Origin: an uncultured bacterium
Lineage (GTDB): Bacteria; Patescibacteriota; Minisyncoccia; UBA6257; GWB1-50-10
Direction of reading: 5' to 3'
Assembly (NCBI GenBank): GCA_963768835.1
Contig: CAVYJB010000002.1
Location: 362,466-426,465, forward strand
DNA: 64,000 nt
In this document: positions 56,948 through 64,000 of the stretch, piece by piece
Position numbering within the stretch: the first letter of the stretch is position 1
Layout of the letters: each line of letters opens with the position of its first letter
Notes under the pieces: generated by a model
Told to the model about the DNA's origin: nothing
Databases searched by the model: none
Seen by the model: the letters and a program-made list of their open reading frames with translations, nothing else
Made by a program: the position numbers and the translations under genes

Positions 56948-58023
56948 CCATCCTTCTTGTCGTCATCTTCCTTTCCCTTATCGTACTTCTCCACGAGTTT
57001 GGACACTTCCTCGTGGCGAAACTCTGCGGCATCCGTGTGGACGAATTCGGCTTTGGGTTCCCGCCGCGCATTTGGGGCCGGACGGTGGGGGAGACAACCT
57101 ATAGCTTGAACGCGTTGCCCTTTGGAGGCTTTGTGCGTATTCATGGTCTGGAACCGGGGGAAGAAGGCGACACCGCCAACGCTGCGCCCGACGAGGCCGC
57201 ACGGAGCTTCGAGCACCGACCGACGTGGCAACGGGGAGCGAGTCTCCTTGCGGGCGTTGCGATGAACATCATTCTCGGGTGGCTCGTGCTTGTCGTTGTT
57301 TACACGGTCGGGAGCCCTTCCCACCTCATGCTCTCCGATATCTCTGCGGGGTCCCCCGCGGAGCGCGCGGGGCTCCGCGCCGGAGACGTGGTGCTTCAAG
57401 CGCGGTTCGGGCGGACGGAGCTCTCGGATCCTATCTCGAGCCATTCCTTCTCAGATTTTGTGAAAACGTCGGCGGGCGAGACCCTGGTCCTCACGGTGGA
57501 GCGGGGGAGCCATACTTCTGATATCGCGATCGTAGGCCGTACGAATCCGCCGGAAGGGCAAGGTCCATTGGGAGTCGCCCTTGCCGATGCCGGTTATCCC
57601 GCGGAATCGCTGTGGCAAAGTCTTGGCACCGCGACGGTCATTACAGGGCAGACACTCTGGTTCGTCATACAGGGTTTCTGGCAGCTCATCGCGGGCCTCT
57701 TTGTTGCCCCCGTCACGACTCTTCAGCAGGTCGCAGGGCCTGTCGGTATTTTCTCTCTTGCAGCGCAAGTCGGCGCGTTCGGCATCGTTCCGCTTCTTCA
57801 GCTCATGGCGTTCTTGAGCTTGAACGTTGCAATCCTGAATCTGGTACCGTTCCCGGCTCTGGATGGCGGACGCTTCCTTCTGCTTCTCATTGAACGGTTC
57901 TGGCGACCCGTGCCCGAACGATGGCAGGCCTACCTGAACCGCGCGGGCTTCGCGCTCCTCATCGCCCTTATGATACTTGTCACACTGCAAGATGTTGGTA
58001 AGATTGTTAGTGGTTCGGTCTAA
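56944..58023 (+). CDS. rseP: RIP zinc metalloprotease RseP (site-2 protease) with a PDZ domain
   Basis: HEFGHFLVAK (HExxH) in TM1. PDZ segment (GSPAERAGLRAGDVVL). C-terminal LNLVPFPALDGG motif. Confidence 0.8.
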   Translation: MTILLVVIFLSLIVLLHEFGHFLVAKLCGIRVDEFGFGFPPRIWGRTVGETTYSLNALPFGGFVRIHGLEPGEEGDTANAAPDEAARSFEHRPTWQRGASLLAGVAMNIILGWLVLVVVYTVGSPSHLMLSDISAGSPAERAGLRAGDVVLQARFGRTELSDPISSHSFSDFVKTSAGETLVLTVERGSHTSDIAIVGRTNPPEGQGPLGVALADAGYPAESLWQSLGTATVITGQTLWFVIQGFWQLIAGLFVAPVTTLQQVAGPVGIFSLAAQVGAFGIVPLLQLMAFLSLNVAILNLVPFPALDGGRFLLLLIERFWRPVPERWQAYLNRAGFALLIALMILVTLQDVGKIVSGSV

Positions 58024-58032
58024 TCCTCTCAC

Positions 58033-59283
58033 ATGCGACAATCAGAACTTTTCACGAAGACGGAACGGAACGTTCCCAAAGATGAGACGACGTTGAACGC
58101 GCAGCTTCTCGTGCGCGCGGGGTTTGTGGACAAACTTATGGCGGGCGTCTACAGCTATTTACCACTTGGTCTCCGGGTTCTCCGGAACATCGAAAGTGTC
58201 GTGCGAGAAGAGATGGATGCGATCGGGGGCCAGGAAATTCTTATGCCTGTGCTCCATCCGAAGGGTATATGGCAGACGACGGGCGGATGGAACGCGATCG
58301 ACGTGCTCTTCAAGATCAAGAGCCGGACTGGGAAAGAATATGCCCTCGGACAAAGCGAAGAGGAGGTGGTGACACCCCTCGTTTTACGGCGCATCCAGAC
58401 ATATCGCGACCTGCCGCTCGCAGTCTATCAAATCCACTGGAAGTACCGCGACGAACTTCGTTCTAAGTCCGGCCTTCTCCGGGGCGTCGAGTTTTTTATG
58501 AAGGATATGTATAGTTTCCACGAGACTCAGGAGGATTTCGAGCGATTTTACACTATTGCCAAGAAGGCTTATTTTCGGGTCTTTGAGCGGTTGGGCCTCG
58601 TCGCCAAAGCCACCGAGGCTTCCGGGGGAACCTTCAGCCAAAAAATCTCTTATGAATTTATGGTGCTTACCGACGCGGGGGAGGATGATATTCTCTATTG
58701 CGACAAGTGCGAATTCTGTGTGAATGTAGTCATTGCGAAACAAAAGACGGGAGAGCGGTGCCCTGCGTGCGGGAAGGGTACGCTCACGAAAGCAACCGCC
58801 TCCGAGGTCGGGAATGTGTTCGATCTCGGACGGAAGTATGGGGAAGATTTTAAGTTATCCTTCCAGGGTCGGGATGGGAAGCCGGAGCACCCCGTGATGG
58901 GTTGCTATGGCATCGGCATCTCGCGCCTGATGGGGGTCATTGTCGAGAAGTTCCACGACAAGAAGGGGATCGTGTGGCCCGAAAGCGTGGCTCCGGCGAA
59001 GGTCCACCTCCTGCGGTTGGGGGACGGTCCCGAATTGAAAGCGGCAGCAGAGGGGGTGTATACTGCCCTCACGAAGGAAGGCGCTGCAGTGCTCTACGAT
59101 GACCGCGAAGGGGTTTCGCCCGGCGAAAAGTTCGCAGATGCGGATCTCATCGGAATCCCATGGCGGGTCGTGGTGAGCGAAAAGACCCTTCAGGAGAAGC
59201 GGATCGAGGTGAAGCGGCGGGATTCGGAAAAGCCCGAGCTTATGGATCTTAAAGAGTTTTTGAAGAAGCTTGATGTGAAGTGA
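58033..59283 (+). CDS. proS: prolyl-tRNA synthetase (short form without an editing domain)
   Basis: N-terminus ELFTKTERNVPKDETTLNAQLLVRAGFVDKLMAGVYSYLPLGLRVL. Class II motif 2 (WKYRDELRSKSGLLRGVEFFMKDMYSF) and motif 3 (GCYGIGISRLMGVIVE). Only 416 aa. Confidence 0.8.
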   Translation: MRQSELFTKTERNVPKDETTLNAQLLVRAGFVDKLMAGVYSYLPLGLRVLRNIESVVREEMDAIGGQEILMPVLHPKGIWQTTGGWNAIDVLFKIKSRTGKEYALGQSEEEVVTPLVLRRIQTYRDLPLAVYQIHWKYRDELRSKSGLLRGVEFFMKDMYSFHETQEDFERFYTIAKKAYFRVFERLGLVAKATEASGGTFSQKISYEFMVLTDAGEDDILYCDKCEFCVNVVIAKQKTGERCPACGKGTLTKATASEVGNVFDLGRKYGEDFKLSFQGRDGKPEHPVMGCYGIGISRLMGVIVEKFHDKKGIVWPESVAPAKVHLLRLGDGPELKAAAEGVYTALTKEGAAVLYDDREGVSPGEKFADADLIGIPWRVVVSEKTLQEKRIEVKRRDSEKPELMDLKEFLKKLDVK

Positions 59284-59293
59284 CCATCAACCC

Positions 59294-60325
59294 ATGATTG
59301 TAAGAAAGAACATCGGCATTGACCTCGGAACAGACACCACCCAGATTTACCTCAAAGGATCGGGGATCGTGGTGAATGAACCCTCGATCGTGGCGTTCAA
59401 CAACCGGACGAACCGCGTTGTCGCTGTCGGTTCGGAAGCAAAGAAGATGCTCTCGCGCACCCCTTCGCACGTGACCGCGCTTAGGCCCATGAGCCATGGA
59501 GTCATCGCCGATTTCGATATGGTAAAAGAGATGCTCGGTCGGTTTATGCGGGATGATCGTATGCCCTGGTCGTGGTCAACCCAAACCATCGTTAGCGTGC
59601 CTACAAATCTCACCGAGGTTGAGCGGAAGTCTGTAGAGGATTTGATGCGCGAGCTCGGCTCCACTCCCGTTTATCTTATCGAGCAGCCGCTTGCGGCCGC
59701 CGTGGGAAGCCGCCTCGACATCCAACTGCCGACCGCTTACCTTATTGTCGACATTGGAGCGGGGACTACTGATGCCGCTATCATATCTTTGAACGGTATC
59801 GTGGTGTCGAAGCGTCTGAAGATTGCGGGGGATTATTTGAACAATGAGATTATCCGAGGCGTCCGGGAGGAACTGAAGCTCCACATTGGAGAGCCCACCG
59901 CCGAGGAGATCAAGCTGGGCGTGGGTTCTGCGGTCCCGACCGGGGAGCGTCTTGAAATCGTTGTTCGGGGTCGTGATGTGGCGAACGGGCTCCCGCGTGA
60001 AGTTGTTATCAAAGACACCCAGGTGCGTTTCTGGCTCGTGAAGCCCCTGAAGCTCATGATCGATGCCATTAAAGATCTCATAGAAGGAGCTCCCGCAGAA
60101 CTTGTAGGCGACATCTACAAGAATGGGATGTACCTCTGCGGTGGCGGGAGCCTGCTTCGGGGTATCGACCTTCTGATGGAGAAAGAGATTGGCGTCTCGG
60201 TGCATGTTGTCGAAGAGCCTCTCGTGTGCGTCGCCCGCGGTACGGGGCTCGTTTGCGAGCGTGTAGACGCGTACCGGAATCTACTTAATAATTTCTCGAG
60301 CCTCAAGATGGGAGGTACGCCCTAG
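59294..60325 (+). CDS. mreB: rod shape-determining protein MreB
   Basis: IGIDLGTDTTQIY..NEPSIVA. Immediately upstream of mreC-mreD-mrdA. Confidence 0.85.
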   Translation: MIVRKNIGIDLGTDTTQIYLKGSGIVVNEPSIVAFNNRTNRVVAVGSEAKKMLSRTPSHVTALRPMSHGVIADFDMVKEMLGRFMRDDRMPWSWSTQTIVSVPTNLTEVERKSVEDLMRELGSTPVYLIEQPLAAAVGSRLDIQLPTAYLIVDIGAGTTDAAIISLNGIVVSKRLKIAGDYLNNEIIRGVREELKLHIGEPTAEEIKLGVGSAVPTGERLEIVVRGRDVANGLPREVVIKDTQVRFWLVKPLKLMIDAIKDLIEGAPAELVGDIYKNGMYLCGGGSLLRGIDLLMEKEIGVSVHVVEEPLVCVARGTGLVCERVDAYRNLLNNFSSLKMGGTP

Positions 60326-60354
60326 CATCTCCCGTCGAAATCTTCTCAATCGTC

Positions 60355-61050
60355 ATGAAATCACTGCGCCTCATTCTCGGGAGTGCTTTTTTCCTTGTAG
60401 CTGCCGCGGCAGTGTTCTTCTTTCGAGGCGATCTTGGGGTCGGCATCCACAATGTACGAGTTGCTGCGGAAGGGATCTTCAGTGCCCCCGTTTCCGATCA
60501 GTCGCTCCATGATCTCGAACTCCAGAACCGGGGGTTGGAAGCCGAGCTGGAACGCGTGCGGAGCGAGTATGCTTCTACATCTTTACCTGGGACACTTACC
60601 GTGCGCGTTTTCTCACGCTACCCCTTGAGCGATCGAGGACTCCTGACAATCGACCAGGGGAGCGCGAACGGTCTTAGGGTTGGTATGCCGGTCCTCGCCA
60701 CGGAGGGCATCCTCCTCGGTAAGATCCAGAGCGTGACACGTCTCCAGAGTGAAGTTGTGACCATCTTTGACCCGTCCTGGCGGAGCGGAGTCGTGGTGGG
60801 CGCAGCAAGAACTAAGGCGGTACTTACCGGCGGCGCGACGCCGCAACTTAATCTCCTTCCCAAAGATGCCCCGGTGGCGGTGGGAGACATGGTGCAGAGC
60901 ATTGCTCCAGATTTTCCCTTGGACCTCCTCGTGGGTTCCGTTTCGGATGTAGAATCCGCGGTCCAGGATCCTTGGCGTACCGGGTCAGTCGAGGTTTCCT
61001 ACGATCCTGAGAATCTCAATAGTGTTGTTGTTCTTACTACCTACCCATGA
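60355..61050 (+). CDS. mreC: rod shape-determining protein MreC
   Basis: N-terminal TM, coiled coil, beta domain (GMPVLATEGILLGKIQSV). Operon position. Confidence 0.75.
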   Translation: MKSLRLILGSAFFLVAAAAVFFFRGDLGVGIHNVRVAAEGIFSAPVSDQSLHDLELQNRGLEAELERVRSEYASTSLPGTLTVRVFSRYPLSDRGLLTIDQGSANGLRVGMPVLATEGILLGKIQSVTRLQSEVVTIFDPSWRSGVVVGAARTKAVLTGGATPQLNLLPKDAPVAVGDMVQSIAPDFPLDLLVGSVSDVESAVQDPWRTGSVEVSYDPENLNSVVVLTTYP

Positions 61051-61529
61051 GTACGCCTAACTTTTTCCCTCGGATTTTTGCCTTTCTCTTTCTCGTCACA
61101 GTCGCCCTGCTTCTCTCCACAAGCCATCTCTTCACGGTGGTTCGGATAGCGCCGGACTACGTACTTATCGTCCTTATCCTCGCGGCGTTTGCGGGTTTCC
61201 CACTGCTTGCCTTTGCGGGGCTTGCAGCCGTTGTAGTTGCTCTTGCCTATACATGGATGCCTTTCTGGCTTTGGGGTTGGATTCCAGCGGTGGCTCTCAT
61301 GGTTGTTGTCCGTCTTATCCGATATCGATTCACCGGCAATCGCATGGTGGACTATCTGGGGGCGGTGGCCCTAGGGACGGTCCTCGTATATACACTAAGT
61401 TCCTTACGATTTTTATCCTTTCATCTTCTTGTGACTATCGGGGTGGGGGTACTCTTGAACGTCGCACTCGCCGCTGCGGTCTGGGTAGCTCTCGAACGCC
61501 TACATCCCTATGAAGCGATCCGATCTTGA
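61047..61529 (+). CDS. mreD: rod shape-determining protein MreD
   Basis: Polytopic membrane protein between mreC and mrdA. Confidence 0.6.
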   Translation: MSTPNFFPRIFAFLFLVTVALLLSTSHLFTVVRIAPDYVLIVLILAAFAGFPLLAFAGLAAVVVALAYTWMPFWLWGWIPAVALMVVVRLIRYRFTGNRMVDYLGAVALGTVLVYTLSSLRFLSFHLLVTIGVGVLLNVALAAAVWVALERLHPYEAIRS

Positions 61530-63393
61530 TCTTGAAGATATCCTGACCGATAGCGTGCGGGAGGACGACCTCTTAGAGGTTCCGCTCGCAGGCCGAGCTT
61601 TTCGTGTCTTCTTGTGGCTGTCCTTCGCAGTTCTTGCGATTGTCGGAGCTCAGCTTGTGAACCTCGGTGTTTTGAATCACGCATGGTATGCGCAGCGCGC
61701 GGCGGCGAATATCACGGAAACCCAGATCCAGGTCGCACCCCGAGGCGCCATCGAGGATCGGTTCGGAGCGTCCCTCGTTCGGAATGTTCCATCGGTAAAT
61801 GTGTTCCTGGTTCCCAAAGACCTTCCGCGTACTGCGCCGGAACGTCTCGCGGTTCTCTCGAGCGCCGTCCAGGCTCTCAAGCTCGACCTCTCGGTCCTCT
61901 CTGCGGAGATTCAAGCCACGGACTGGAGGGTGCAGGACCGCTTGCTCCTTGCGACGGACGTCCCGCAGGACGAGCTCGTGGATCTTTCTTCTCTCAATCT
62001 GCCTGGTATTCAGATCGAGTCGGCATTCAAGCGGGCGCATGAGGTGCCACTCGCCTTTGCTCAAGTCCTCGGATATGCAGGGCTTGTGAACGCGAACGAT
62101 CTCAAGGTGGATCCAAGTCTTGTCCCGGATGACGAGGTCGGGCGCGCGGGTCTCGAGGCCTACTACGATCAGTATCTTCGTGGAACGAATGGACAGGCAG
62201 TTGCCGTGCACAATGCGATGGGTCAGGTGGAGGAGCAACGTGCGGCGTCTCCTTCGGTGCCCGGCGCTACGGTCAAAACATTCATCGACAAAGATTTCCA
62301 GACCTACCTTTACAACCGTCTTCAGCAGGCCCTGACCGAGCTCGGTCGCACCGTGGGCGCCGCGGTTGCAATCGATCCGCGCAACGGCGAGGTCTTAGCG
62401 CTTGTCGGCATCCCAAGCTTTCAAACTGACCAGATCGCAGAATCGCTTACAAACCCCGCCCAACCATTCTTCAACCGCATAGTTTCAGGTCTCTATAATC
62501 CTGGGTCCACCATTAAACCGCTCGTAGCCGTGGGAGCTCTCACGGATGGGGTTATCACGCCCACGAAGCAGATTTTTTCACCGGGTTACATTGATGTGCC
62601 GAATCCTTACGACCCCGCGAACCCCACCCGTTTCGTGGAGGTGCATCCAGCCGGATGGGTCGATGTCTACTCCGCCCTCGCGAAGTCGTCGAATGTGTAT
62701 TTCTATGAGGTTGGTGGCGGCTTCGGAGACCAGCAGGGCCTCGGTATCACCAGGCTCAAGCAGTGGTGGCAGACATTTGGCCTTGACCAAAAGACCGGTA
62801 TTGATCTTCTGGGGGAACAGTCGGGTTTTCTCCCAGACCCCGCATGGAAACTAGCGCACACGGGCCAGCCATGGCACATTGGAGATACCTATAACGTTTC
62901 AATCGGCCAGGGCGACCTTTCGATTACACCCCTTGAACTCATCAGCTATGTGAGTACGATCGCGACAGGCGGGAAGGCTTACGTACCGCGCATTATGGAA
63001 TCCATCGTCAGCGCCGGCGGAACAACGCTTACCGAGAGCCACCCCACGATTCTTCGGGATATCACGCCAGAAATAGGCTCAGAGGTTGCAAACGCGCAAC
63101 AGGGTATGCGGGATGTGGTCGCGCAGCCGTATGGACTGGCGCATTCCCTGAGTGATCTACCGTTCGCGGTTGCGGCGAAGACCGGAACGGCACAGGTGAA
63201 CTTGAACGAGAACACAAACGCTTTCTTTGTGGGATACGCTCCTTACGACAATCCGCAGATCGCGCTCCTTATTCTTATCGAGAACTCCAAGGAGGGGAGT
63301 CTGAACACTATCCCGGTGGCGAAGGATGCACTCCTGTGGTACTATGAACACCGTATCCAGCAGTCACCGAACACCACTTCTACGCAATCATGA
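61510..63393 (+). CDS. mrdA: penicillin-binding protein 2 (peptidoglycan D,D-transpeptidase)
   Basis: STIKP (SxxK), SSNVYF (SxN) and KTGTAQV (KTG) motifs. N-terminal TM anchor. Confidence 0.85.
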   Translation: MKRSDLDLEDILTDSVREDDLLEVPLAGRAFRVFLWLSFAVLAIVGAQLVNLGVLNHAWYAQRAAANITETQIQVAPRGAIEDRFGASLVRNVPSVNVFLVPKDLPRTAPERLAVLSSAVQALKLDLSVLSAEIQATDWRVQDRLLLATDVPQDELVDLSSLNLPGIQIESAFKRAHEVPLAFAQVLGYAGLVNANDLKVDPSLVPDDEVGRAGLEAYYDQYLRGTNGQAVAVHNAMGQVEEQRAASPSVPGATVKTFIDKDFQTYLYNRLQQALTELGRTVGAAVAIDPRNGEVLALVGIPSFQTDQIAESLTNPAQPFFNRIVSGLYNPGSTIKPLVAVGALTDGVITPTKQIFSPGYIDVPNPYDPANPTRFVEVHPAGWVDVYSALAKSSNVYFYEVGGGFGDQQGLGITRLKQWWQTFGLDQKTGIDLLGEQSGFLPDPAWKLAHTGQPWHIGDTYNVSIGQGDLSITPLELISYVSTIATGGKAYVPRIMESIVSAGGTTLTESHPTILRDITPEIGSEVANAQQGMRDVVAQPYGLAHSLSDLPFAVAAKTGTAQVNLNENTNAFFVGYAPYDNPQIALLILIENSKEGSLNTIPVAKDALLWYYEHRIQQSPNTTSTQS

Positions 63394-63848
63394 GCACGAC
63401 CTACCTATCCCCTGAACGCCACGAGGAGCTTACTAAAGAGCTTGAGGAGCTTCGGACCAAGGGTCGCCGCGAGGTCGCCGACCGCCTGAAGCATGCCAAG
63501 GACCTCGGGGATCTTTCCGAGAATTTCGAGTACCAAGAAGCACGTGAGGAACAATCGCGGCTTGAACAGCGCATTAGCCAGATTGAGGAGGTGCTCCGGG
63601 GTTCTGTACTTATTCACAAGACTGCGGGGTCGGCCAGCGTCCGTATTGGGTCCAAGGTGAAAGTTCGGCGCGGGAAGGAGATTCTTTCCTTCAGCATCGT
63701 GGGGTCCCATGAAGCAAAGCCCGGCGAGGGCCTTATTTCGAACGAGTCGCCTCTCGGCCGCGGGCTCCTAGGGAAAAAAATCGGAGATGCTGCTGACGTG
63801 AGAACGCCTAAAGGGAGCGTGGTGTACGAAGTACTCGAGATCGAGTAG
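63390..63848 (+). CDS. greA: transcription elongation factor GreA
   Basis: DLGDLSENFEYQEAREEQSRLEQRISQIEEVL coiled-coil tip with acidic residues. C-terminal FKBP-like domain. Confidence 0.88.
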   Translation: MSTTYLSPERHEELTKELEELRTKGRREVADRLKHAKDLGDLSENFEYQEAREEQSRLEQRISQIEEVLRGSVLIHKTAGSASVRIGSKVKVRRGKEILSFSIVGSHEAKPGEGLISNESPLGRGLLGKKIGDAADVRTPKGSVVYEVLEIE

Positions 63849-63854
63849 GCACCG

Positions 63855-64000
63855 TGTTGGACGATATCCAAAGGGAACGGAGGAAGAAGCTAGAGCGCTA
63901 CCGCGAGGTAGCGAATCCTTATCCTGCGGAGACGAAACGGAGCGCGACCCTTGGAAAGGTTGCGGAGGCCTTTGCATCACACGAGAAGGCGGGCAAGCTG
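63855..64000 (+). CDS. lysS: lysyl-tRNA synthetase, 5' partial (runs off the window)
   Basis: GTG start. LDDIQRERRKKLERYREVANPYPAE resembles LysRS N-termini. Confidence 0.45.

Noticed and set aside
1-64000. CRISPR arrays, tRNA/rRNA genes, transposases/integrases, toxin-antitoxin pairs
   Set aside because: I scanned the intergenic regions and ORF translations. No short regularly spaced direct repeats, no cloverleaf-like segments, and no transposase/integrase/recombinase or TA-like ORFs were seen. The only nuclease-like accessory gene is the solitary HNH at 15893..16477.

Overview
This is a 64 kb, high-GC (~60%), gene-dense contig from an uncultivated bacterium. I see no rRNA, tRNA or CRISPR array. 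About 61 of 66 genes sit on the + strand.

The second half carries a canonical core block: infA-rpmJ-rpsM-rpsK-rpsD-rpoA-rplQ followed directly by rplM-rpsI, then an MreB-like gene, holB-like, frr, rseP, proS, mreB-mreC-mreD-mrdA, greA and the start of lysS. secD-secF, pyrF-pyrE and a short uvrC are also present.

The first half and middle are accessory-like:
- Two paralogous secreted GH5-like hydrolases. One is fused to an Ig-like domain, a Thr/Ser/poly-Gly linker and a peptidoglycan-binding domain. A decayed third copy lies after a low-GC inserted ORF.
- A run of monocistronic hypothetical genes, each bracketed by a near-consensus sigma70 promoter (TTGACA-N17/18-TATAAT) and a hairpin-plus-TTTTTATTT terminator.
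- Two large paralogous Cys-rich repeat proteins.
- An ECF sigma / putative anti-sigma pair followed by a T9SS-CTD protein and a 1081-aa Fn3-repeat surface protein carrying both dockerin- and cohesin-like modules.
- A membrane-protein plus VirD4/TraG-like P-loop ATPase cluster.

The most striking observation is that both uvrA and uvrB are broken by many single-base frameshifts. Each in-frame segment still encodes near-perfect UvrA/UvrB sequence, and essentially every other gene in the window is intact. uvrC is intact but short. This suggests recent pathway-level loss of nucleotide excision repair, or locus-specific sequence error. All functional calls come from motif-level reading of the six-frame translations. 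No database search was possible.
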